From Epithemia pelagica (lineage: Eukaryota > Protista > Bacillariophyta), in contig OX337236.1 in assembly GCA_946965045.2 (NCBI GenBank), positions 3,038,001-3,102,000 of the forward strand: 64,000 nt of DNA, in the 5' to 3' direction. Shown one piece after another: positions 14,996-23,718 of this stretch (within the stretch, counting starts at the first letter, position 1; each line of letters starts with the position of its first letter). The position numbers and the translations under genes are program-made. Below the pieces are notes generated by a model. The model worked only from the letters and a program-made list of their open reading frames with translations. It had not been told where the DNA came from and searched no databases.

Positions 14996-16594
14996 ATGTT
15001 GCTTGGCTGTGCCGCCTTGCACATTCATACCGATCACAAAAATCTCACTTATTCCACTCTCAACTCCCAACGAGTCCTTCGTTGGCGTCTCTTTCTCGAA
15101 GAATACAATCCCATCTTTCATTATATTCCTGGCCAGGATAACGTCATCGCCGACGCGTTGTCGCGTCTCCCTCTTTCAGAAGAGGAGGAGAAGAGTGTCC
15201 CTTCCAAGGTCCCTTCCGACGGTCCCTCGTCTGGACCACGATCCCTTTTCGATCGTAGCGGCAAACACTCCGTGTTTCAGGTTCCTCGTGCGCCTAATGA
15301 TGACCCCCGCTTAGCGTCTCGTGACGCGGATTCTCATGAATCCCCTATTTTCATGGACGAAGAGTTGATCGATGTGTATCTTAATCATCCCGCCATTACG
15401 GCCAACCAACCCCTACCGGTTGACTATGCTACGATATCTCAGCATCAACAAAACGATGCCGCCTTAATGGCGTTGGTCCAATCCAAACCTGACTATTATC
15501 ATTTGCAACCCTTTCCTACGGAAAATCCACAATACAACCTTGTCTGTTATCGACAATCGGTTAATGCCCTCTGGCGCATTCGCATTCCTGACTCGCTTCT
15601 CGCACATACAGTCAACTGGTATCATCTCGTGCTTAACCACGCTGGTTCCACGCGACTCCGCGATACTATCGCCATGCACATGACGCATCCCCAATTGGGA
15701 CTCTACTGCGATCAAGCTGTTTCCAGCTGCCCGACCTGTCAACGGTCAAAGGTCGTTCATCGACATTACGGAGAATTGCCTCCTCGTGAGGTCCGTGGTA
15801 ATCCCTGGTCCGACATTGCCGTCGATCTTATCGGCCCCTGGACAGTCAAAGTCCATGGCATGGCCCTAACCTTTCAGGCTCTGACGGTCATTGACACTGT
15901 CACCAATTTTTGCGAGATTATCTGCATATACGACAAAACCGCTCGACATGTCGGTCTCCAACTCGAGAATTCATGGCTTTCACGATATCCTCGCCCTGTT
16001 CGTTGCCTTTTTGATCAAGGCGGCGAGTTTATCGGCCATGCGTTTACGCAAGTGCTTCGCAATCATGGTATCAAACCAGTGCCCCTAACGGTCAAAAATC
16101 CACAATCCAATGCCCTATGTGAACGTCTTCATCTGACAATCGGCAATTCATTACGCGCTATCGTTAACTACGAGCCGCCGCAAAACATTGAACAGGCCGC
16201 TCTTATGGTCGACACTGCTCTGCAAACCGCTGCATACTCTGCACGCACTGCCATCCACGGCAGCCTCAAACATTCTCCCGGCAGTCTTGCGTTCCACCGT
16301 GACATGCTGTTCGACATTCCCATCCTTGCGGACATGGAATTGATTCGTCAAAAACGCCAAATCATCGTTGACGAACGAGCTCGACTCGCAAATCGCTCTC
16401 GCGTCTTTCATGACTACAAAATTGGAGATCGCGTGCTCATCCGCGCTACCAATCCGGACAAATTGGCACTTCGTACCAGTCCCAATCCTTTCACTATCAC
16501 GCGTGTCCACTCCAATGGCACCGTGACCATTCAACGTGGTCCCCACGTTACCGAGCGCATCAATATCAGGCGTCTCATCCCTTACCGTGTGTGA
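14996..16594 (+). CDS. Gypsy RNase H C-terminal remnant plus complete integrase
   Basis: HTDHKNL...NVIADALSRL (end of RNase H); H-LVLNH...CPTC (HHCC zinc finger); VDLIGP, FDQGGEF and SNALCER (DDE core). Confidence 0.93.
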   Translation: MLLGCAALHIHTDHKNLTYSTLNSQRVLRWRLFLEEYNPIFHYIPGQDNVIADALSRLPLSEEEEKSVPSKVPSDGPSSGPRSLFDRSGKHSVFQVPRAPNDDPRLASRDADSHESPIFMDEELIDVYLNHPAITANQPLPVDYATISQHQQNDAALMALVQSKPDYYHLQPFPTENPQYNLVCYRQSVNALWRIRIPDSLLAHTVNWYHLVLNHAGSTRLRDTIAMHMTHPQLGLYCDQAVSSCPTCQRSKVVHRHYGELPPREVRGNPWSDIAVDLIGPWTVKVHGMALTFQALTVIDTVTNFCEIICIYDKTARHVGLQLENSWLSRYPRPVRCLFDQGGEFIGHAFTQVLRNHGIKPVPLTVKNPQSNALCERLHLTIGNSLRAIVNYEPPQNIEQAALMVDTALQTAAYSARTAIHGSLKHSPGSLAFHRDMLFDIPILADMELIRQKRQIIVDERARLANRSRVFHDYKIGDRVLIRATNPDKLALRTSPNPFTITRVHSNGTVTIQRGPHVTERINIRRLIPYRV

Positions 16595-16681
16595 CATGGG
16601 TTTTACTGCCGTTGGCCTCTGGCCATCAAGCTTTCCCATGGCCCGCTCGAACTTCCTAGGTCCGACCAGGGAGAGGTAGAG

Positions 16682-16894
16682 TGCGGTACCCGGACTCTGT
16701 CCCGCCACGACTCCACGTAAACATGACTCGATAGGTCCCTAGTTGAATCTGTGACATCTTTGACACCGACGTTCTCAGAATTCAGTCCGTCCTTGTCCCG
16801 TGTGCAGATGGCTTCTCTGGCCATCGCTCACTTTCCTAGCCTAATTCCTAAAGATCATAATTTTTACGTCCTACCATTATGCATGGGTATGGCA
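16682..16894 (+). repeat. 3' LTR of the gypsy
   Basis: Identical to 14767-14979. Confidence 0.96.
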
Positions 16895-16990
16895 GTTGGG
16901 CAGTACACTCCTCGGACCTATTGCCCTTCTCGGAGTTAGGCGCCCCTCGTCGTGCCCCACTCCTCGGATCACTCCGCGGAGCAGATGTAG

Positions 16991-18239
16991 AACTACGACA
17001 CGAGTACCATTGTCACCAGCACCCACCAGTCGACCGTGACCATTGCACTTTTGGAGGAGGAATCACAACAACAACAACAAGAAGATCCACAAGTCACTTC
17101 TTCTTCTTCTTCTTTGTTTTGGAATACTGGCGACGACACGGCTCCAGCAGGCTTGGATCACACGTACTACTACCAAAGATGAGGATTCCCTCATTTTGCG
17201 GCACATTCATTTGGACCATGTGGCCCTGCAATGGTTGCGGAATCAATACCAGGTCTGGTGTTTGGAACGACGACGCCAACCCTGCCTCCCTACGGCCAGC
17301 CCCACCAAACTACAACGTCTCGTATTGGATCAGTGTTCCTACAGTGGCGATTGTTCCACCCGACAGGCCTTGCTCCAGTTTTTGAATCATGTGGGACCAG
17401 AACTGGTCGAACTGGTCGTTCAGGAAACCACCATTCCTTCCCGGATTATGGGCCACCCGCAAGATGCAGAACCACAACCAAATGAGGAAGAAGACGAGGA
17501 CGAGGAGTTTCTGTCAGACGCCTCCTTGGCGGGTCCCATCTTGGCCGGCTTTCACACCATGGGTGCATCCTTGGAACGCTTGGTCTTGGATCATGCCGAT
17601 TTGCGTCGTCAGGGCTATGCCTTGAGGTGTTTTTTGGCCAAGGCTCGGAACTTGCATTCCTTGACCTTGTCGTCCTGTCACGTTTCGGACGACACCTGTC
17701 GAGCCTTGAATACGGCCCTTTGGTATCACAAGCAACTGGCCGTCCTCAACACCCGTGGCGGTACCCTGCAGCATGCCACGGATGAGTGGGTCTGCGAGTT
17801 GGCTTACACCATTCAACAAGCCTCGGCCGTATCGCCCCATTCGTGTCAATTGCAACTCTGGGACTTGTCGGATACCGTCTTGGGAGAACGGGCGGCCGAG
17901 GCCTTGCATGGATTGTGGAACAAGTGCATGGTGATTTGTTCCACGACGGACAATGACGACCACACGAAGGGCGACCACCACACGAATCCCCATGGGACTC
18001 ACCACAAACCGCGGTCGTCCGTTTTGGACCAATCGACGGTGGAAACCCAAGAAGAGTCGACTACAATGAACGACTCGCACCAGTATCCCATGCCCTTGTA
18101 TTACGACACGACAACTGCCATGGTGAACATGGACCACCACCACCACCAAGACTTGCAGCAAGACCAACCACCCTATTCTTGTCTGATGCAGATGGAAGAC
18201 ACGTGTATTTGGGCCTATTTGCTCTGTCATGCCGAGTGA
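16991..18239 (+). pseudogene. RNI-like leucine-rich-repeat protein, 3' part of an interrupted gene
   Basis: LxxLxL repeats (LERLVLDHADL, LHSLTLSSCHV, LQLWDLSDTVL). No ATG start, and a frame change near 17170-17190. Confidence 0.55.
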
Positions 18240-18243
18240 GGTG

Positions 18244-18247
<4 letters not shown>

Positions 18248-18289
<42 letters not shown>
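18248..18289. repeat. (GA)21 microsatellite
   Basis: Direct reading of the sequence. Confidence 0.95.
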
Positions 18290-18291
<2 letters not shown>

Positions 18292-19233
18292 AACCGGAAC
18301 GACAAGAGGAACGACAAGAAGAGCGGGCACCACCAGAGAAACACGGTCCTGTCCATGTGTCATTCGGGAGCAGCCATCCAGCCAGCCACCACAGACAAGG
18401 GATTGCTCCAAGGAATGATGATGATGGTACAGGCATACAAAACAAAACAAAAAACGAAACAAACAACAAAGGGACAATCCATTCTCGATTCTGCATACAC
18501 TACACTCTACTGTATCTCTACTACTAGGATCCAGTGCTGCATGGAATTTCTTTTCGTTGTATGGCGTCTACGGATCCGCTATATCGTAGAACCAACTAGC
18601 TAGATGGGTCCCTCCAGATCTTGTGGCCATGTCGAGTCGTAGGAGGAACGAGCGTGGTCTACTCTCCAATACTCGTAAAGCCACTGTGTCCGGTCCATGT
18701 CATTGGACCACCACAGACACGGGGTGGGGTTGCTCCAATGGATGTGGTGGTACAGGCAAAGCAACACACAACAACAACGGGACAATCAATTCTCTTTTCG
18801 GTATACTCACCACTCTGCTGCTGTTTCTCGACTACAGAGGATCCGTCCGTCTCGTCTTGTCTGAACGAAACAGAAACGCCATATTGCTGTACTGGGTGCA
18901 GGAGAAACTCCATTTTGTAGTAGATTGTCACGACGACGACAACAACAACATGAGAGAGAGACACAGCCGTACAATAGCTTCATTCTCGTCATGCCATCCA
19001 GTCGTATACGTCTGTCTGATCGAGATACCACACTACGACTAGGGCGTTCAAACTTGATTATCATTGTTAAATGTCAAATTCGAGAGTAACATTAATATAT
19101 ATTAGTAGTACTATGGACTGTTGTTTTTTTCTTGTTGCCTATCATTCTTCAATTCTTGTCGTGGGATATACTCGGCACGTTGTGTGTCTTGCTGGACGGG
19201 TCTCTTCCACGCCTTCTTCATCCTGGGAGTTGT

Positions 19234-20004
19234 TTAGTAACTTTTCTTTTCCTTTTCCTCGCAGGTCACGACAAAGGATGCGTGAAAGCCCTTCTCGTTG
19301 CATCCATTGAGAATCTCCATACCATTGTAGACAAAACCAGGATGGGCCACGGCGGTAACAATGACGGCACTCGATGCGGTCTTGGTAAACAAAGTACATT
19401 CCCCGGAATCATGAGTGTCGTTGCAGTCACAGCAGATATCCGAAATGGTTGGCTTTTGCGTCGCGCAGGGACAACTCACTCCCAGTTCGGCTCCAGGAGG
19501 TCCCGGCTTGATTTCTGTCATGGCCTGGTTCACGGCAAAGGTTTCGGCCACAGCCCCATCCGGAGGACCCTCCGGCATCGTCAAGGCCGCCTTGGAAATG
19601 GTCACGGGTTGAGTGGATGCCAGTGCTACCTTGAGGACATCATGCTTGGTCACTCCATCTTTGCCGAGTAGTGTCTCGCCTTTGACAATGGCATCGCCAA
19701 AGCCAAAACAAGTCTTGTGGGAACAAGAGGCAATGTTCTTGGACTCCGAGACGGCAAAGGGAACGACGGTCCCATTGATAAATTCTGTCGTCAAGGATCG
19801 ACCCACCAAACCAGGTGGTGTCAAGGGCGAATTCGGATCAATCTCGAAGTTCACGAAATAGAAGCATGGACGATCGTCCTTGGGAGGAGGAGGAGGGGGA
19901 ACCTTGTCTTCGTAGTCGTCGTAGTGGTCCTTGGCAATGGTCAACGATGTCAAATAAAAGAGGGAGACAAGAACGGATGCAACGGATTTGGAGATCATGG
20001 TCAT
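19234..20004 (-). CDS. Secreted Cys-rich protein of unknown family, paralogue 1
   Basis: Signal-peptide-like MTMISKSVASVLVSLFYLTSLTIA. Shared motifs CSHKTCFGFGDA, CPCATQ and GCxxxGFHASFxVTC. Confidence 0.85.
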   Translation of the reverse strand: MTMISKSVASVLVSLFYLTSLTIAKDHYDDYEDKVPPPPPPKDDRPCFYFVNFEIDPNSPLTPPGLVGRSLTTEFINGTVVPFAVSESKNIASCSHKTCFGFGDAIVKGETLLGKDGVTKHDVLKVALASTQPVTISKAALTMPEGPPDGAVAETFAVNQAMTEIKPGPPGAELGVSCPCATQKPTISDICCDCNDTHDSGECTLFTKTASSAVIVTAVAHPGFVYNGMEILNGCNEKGFHASFVVTCEEKEKKSY

Positions 20005-20640
20005 GTAGAAAGGATCAATGAATGGTTGGCGTCTTGGTCTGTTGCTTTGTTTGGTATCTTTTCGCGGTGTGGAAATCTGCAAATTGTGAGACCACCGACA
20101 CGACGAGGGAGAGAGAACAACTCGTTTCCTTGTTCCTTGCTTCTTCGCTTCAACGAATCTGGCGAGCGCGTCTGCGTGGTCTATTATTTTTGGCCGAATC
20201 TGGCGAGCGCGTCTACATGATCTATTATTTCCGGGTCCCTAAGCTTGCATCATGGGAACATTTGGTCTTGATTGGTTGTGCATGCTCGGACACGTGTAGG
20301 TATTTCTGTGGCATGCGCACCGGGGGATGCGCCATGACAATTAAGCGAGTGCAACGCTCACTTTTTCACAAAATCCAGAAACAAACTAGCGACGATTCTT
20401 GTTATCCTCCGTTTTCTCTAGAGTCGGCAAAACCAAGTCGCTCTCGAAAGCGCCCGTCTCCCTAAAAAGGAGAGTCGCCAGAATGGATGAATAAGATATC
20501 TTTATAGTTTATTACTACTGTTCACTTCTGGGTCCTGAATGATTATGGTTGTGACTGACTGTCTGCCTGTCTGTCTGTAGCCAGTCTTGTCCAAACACTG
20601 ACTGAAGCAGTGTCGTCTTTCGTTGCTAGATTCTTCCTAA

Positions 20641-21381
20641 TTAATAATGCGTCTTCTTCGTCTTTTCTGAGCATGTGACTCTAAAGTGTCCATGGAAACC
20701 TTGTTCATCGCAACCATCGGTAATTGAAGTCTGCTCCGTAAGTATTGTTGTTTTGGCAACGGGCGTCGCAATTACGGCACTGCCGGCCCGGTTAAAGAGG
20801 AATTGGCACACTCCATGATTATTATTGCATTGGCAATCCACATGATCCACGGTAGGAACTTGGGTGGCACAAGGACAGATGATTCCAATCTCGGCTCCAG
20901 GAGGAGTGGGCTTGGGAATGTCGTCAGCAGTTTGGCTAAGTTCATCGGCGGTTGTAAAGCCTTGGAGGCCCGACTCGTCAATGAGGACGGGTTGATAAGA
21001 AGCCACCTCAACCTTGAGAACATCGTGCTTGGATCCATCTTTGGGACTGGTAACCGTCTCGCCCTTGACAATGGCATCTCCAAATCCATAGCAAGTCTTG
21101 TGAGAACAGGACGCAATGAGTTTGGAATCGCCAGCGGCGAAGGGAACGACTTGTCCTCCTCCAAACTCGGCCGTAATCTCTCGTGCAACTTGGCCTTCAG
21201 GAGTAAAGGGAAGTCGAGGATCAATCAAAAAGTTGATGTAGTAAAAGCGAGGATGTTCAGGGGCGGGGGTGGGAGCTGCCGTCGGAGCGTACTTGTAGTC
21301 ATCCTTGTAGTCGTCTTTGGCAAGGACCACGGCTCCGAGAGAAGCAAACAGAGCGGCTTGGAGAATGTGTTGTTTGACCAT
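20641..21381 (-). CDS. Secreted Cys-rich protein of unknown family, paralogue 2
   Basis: Starts MVKQHILQAALFASLGAVVLA-KDDYKDDYKY; same Cys motifs as paralogue 1. Confidence 0.87.
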   Translation of the reverse strand: MVKQHILQAALFASLGAVVLAKDDYKDDYKYAPTAAPTPAPEHPRFYYINFLIDPRLPFTPEGQVAREITAEFGGGQVVPFAAGDSKLIASCSHKTCYGFGDAIVKGETVTSPKDGSKHDVLKVEVASYQPVLIDESGLQGFTTADELSQTADDIPKPTPPGAEIGIICPCATQVPTVDHVDCQCNNNHGVCQFLFNRAGSAVIATPVAKTTILTEQTSITDGCDEQGFHGHFRVTCSEKTKKTHY

Positions 21382-21977
21382 TGTTGACAAGAAAAGGTAT
21401 GGAAATCGTTCGTGTGATCAGCCTTGACTGGGTTTTTGAAATTATGAGACGGAGGAGAAGCAACATGGACGTTCTCTTCAGCGATAGTTGCAAATTGAGC
21501 GACGAGCTGTGTTCTTCTTTGAGTTCTTCTTTTAGCGATAGGAGAGTGAGTAATGCAAACAATCAATGATTGATGATTGATTGAATGATTGATTGCGTCT
21601 TCTCTGGTCTCTGAGCGCTGACGCATGTCTATGATGGATGCAAGCGGAGCAAAACCCTGCTGACGCACGTCAAGGATCCTTTTTGAGATTCAAACTTCAA
21701 TGCGCGATGCCTCTACCCATGCACGCGCGAAATCCATTCATGCATGTACTTTTTAAATCACGAATTCCATCGGTATGATGAATCAAAGATGTCAGGGATA
21801 GAGGGACAGAGGGACTGAATCGTACTCGTGAGGTTTCTAATTGTATGGTTGCTGGTGCGACATACATACAAGATGAAATGAGATTTGTTTTGGATTTACC
21901 TCAATTTTCGACTATTAAACATCTATTTACTTAAAATATCCTGTCAGTTCTCCATTTTTACTTGGGTCGTTCGGTTT

Positions 21978-22895
21978 TTAGTAGTCCTTCTTCATCTTGT
22001 CCACGCAAGTGACTTTGAGTGAGGCATGGAAACCTCCGTTATCACAACCAGTTCTGACAGTCAAATCCTGTTCTGCTCCAATTGGTATCGTATATCCAGT
22101 GCCAACAGCGGCACCAAAAACAGTGGATCCAAGCACTTTAGTGATAATTTTGCATTCTCCGTGATTGGAGGAACAAGCGCAGTGCACGTCATGCTCTTCA
22201 ACCATAGCCTTTTGGGTGGCGCAAGGACAGGTGATTTGAAATTCAGCTCCGGGGAAGATAGCGTGCGTGGGGGCAGCGGGCATATCTGCGGCCATTGGGT
22301 CCGTGTCAGTCGTTGGCGGTCCAAAGGCCGTCGTGTCCATAAGCTCTTGTTCGAGAATCGTGACCTCTTGGAACGAGGCAAGATTGACGTGGAGGACATC
22401 GCATGGTTGTCCATACTTGGTAACGTTGCTTGTACCAGACACCAAGGCGTCTCCAAATCCAAAGCAGGACTTGTAAGAGCAAGGTGCTGGGCACTTGGAC
22501 ATGCCGTTGGCAAAGGGGCACACTTCTCCCTTGGGGAAATCGGCTTGCAAAATACGGGACACCAACGGGGGAGCTTGGTTTTCCATGGCCGAATCACCAC
22601 CCGAACCATCCATTACAGGAGATTGACCACTACCCGGTCCATTCATTACAGGAGATTGAGTTGGAGTAATTTCGCCATCAGGGTCCATGACCATCATTAC
22701 AGGCTTGGGGGCCTCGAGGTTCTTGTAAAAAAACTTGGGATCCTTAGGCTCGGGTGTTGGAGCCGCCGTTGGGCCGCTGTATTTGTAGTCGTCGTACTTG
22801 TCACTCGACTTGCTGTTGAGTTGACGAAGGTTGCTGGTTTCTTCGGCAAAAGAACCAGTCAAGAGAAGAGCGAGGACAGAGGCTTGAACGAACAT
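21978..22895 (-). CDS. Secreted Cys-rich protein of unknown family, paralogue 3
   Basis: Starts MFVQASVLALLLTGSFA, carries the diatom-style LRQL processing-like motif and the same Cys motifs, and has a PVM-rich insert. Confidence 0.87.
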   Translation of the reverse strand: MFVQASVLALLLTGSFAEETSNLRQLNSKSSDKYDDYKYSGPTAAPTPEPKDPKFFYKNLEAPKPVMMVMDPDGEITPTQSPVMNGPGSGQSPVMDGSGGDSAMENQAPPLVSRILQADFPKGEVCPFANGMSKCPAPCSYKSCFGFGDALVSGTSNVTKYGQPCDVLHVNLASFQEVTILEQELMDTTAFGPPTTDTDPMAADMPAAPTHAIFPGAEFQITCPCATQKAMVEEHDVHCACSSNHGECKIITKVLGSTVFGAAVGTGYTIPIGAEQDLTVRTGCDNGGFHASLKVTCVDKMKKDY

Positions 22896-23718
22896 GGTTT
22901 TGGAGTTGGTTTGCTGAGAAATGTGCTTTTGACAAATTGTGAGAGATGAGAGTGAGAGTGAAAAAGGTAGAGAGAAGAGTGATCGGCGATTGGCGATTGG
23001 CGATTGGGCGCGCCTGTCGCTCGGTCTCTTTTCGCAAGGCTTAAATAATGCTTCTCTTACAGCCTCTTCTGATTCTGAATCGTGTTTGGAGTTCTTTATG
23101 AGCTGGTACTAAATGCTTCTCGAAGGTTAAATAAAAATCTTACCCTCAGCTGGTCGCATAAAATACTTAAGGAGGTCCGTGAGAAATTTTTTTGACAGGA
23201 TTGGAGTTGCGCATGGCGAGTGGCGAGAATGGCGAGTGTGGTTCGTGACATGCGAGTTGGGAATGGAACTTTATGCGATGAGAGGCATCGCTACAAGATG
23301 CTCTCTCATGCGATCATAGTATTGTTTGTGCGTCACGTAGATGTTTTTGTTCCCTGTCACGTCCAACGGAAGCAACAGAAGGAACATACCATCTGTCTGC
23401 CGTCGACGACGACTCTCCAGGACACGGAGGACTTGTACAAATAATCGCTTGCGCCGTGCCTTGGCTATCGAAATGGAGAGGATCGTCTCGCCGTTTCTTG
23501 TTTCACCATCACAAGACAGTAAGCAAGCATGAAATGAATTACACTGCCCAAGGCGCTCTGTCCAGAGCCGTTTGGCTCTACCGACCGACCGTCCGCTCTA
23601 CATGCAGGATGGCTTCATCCAAACACGAATGCTTGTCAACCTTTGGGCTCTCTGTACCAAGAAGTAACAAGACTGCTACAGCGTTTTGAATATTACATAT
23701 CACTTAAGGTTTTAACTC

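Larger units (their letters stand above)
14767..16894 (+). mobile_element. Internally deleted Ty3/gypsy LTR element
   Basis: Identical 213-bp TG...CA LTRs, 5-bp TSD GTTGG (14762-14766 and 16895-16899), and a PPT (AGGGAGAGGTAGAG) before the 3' LTR. gag, PR, RT and the PBS are absent. Confidence 0.96.
14651..16988 (-). other. 205-nt imperfect hairpin (after removing the gypsy and one TSD) with periodic 5x5 internal loops
   Basis: Arms are 14651-14766 and 16900-16988. Stems include ACATCTGCTCC/GGAGCAGATGT, GTGATTC/GGATCAC, GGGGCAC/GTGCCCC, GCCTAACTCC/GGAGTTAGGC, GGGCAATAGGTCC/GGACCTATTGCCC and GTGTACTGCCC/GGGCAGTACAC. The apex is CAAATCCGCT-TAT-AGCGGATTTG. Confidence 0.9.

Noticed and set aside
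14651-16988. Calling the hairpin a SECIS, k-turn array, ribozyme or pre-miRNA
   Set aside because: No hammerhead core, no 3-nt k-turn bulge and no SECIS AAR apical loop were seen, and there is no expression evidence, so it is left unclassified.
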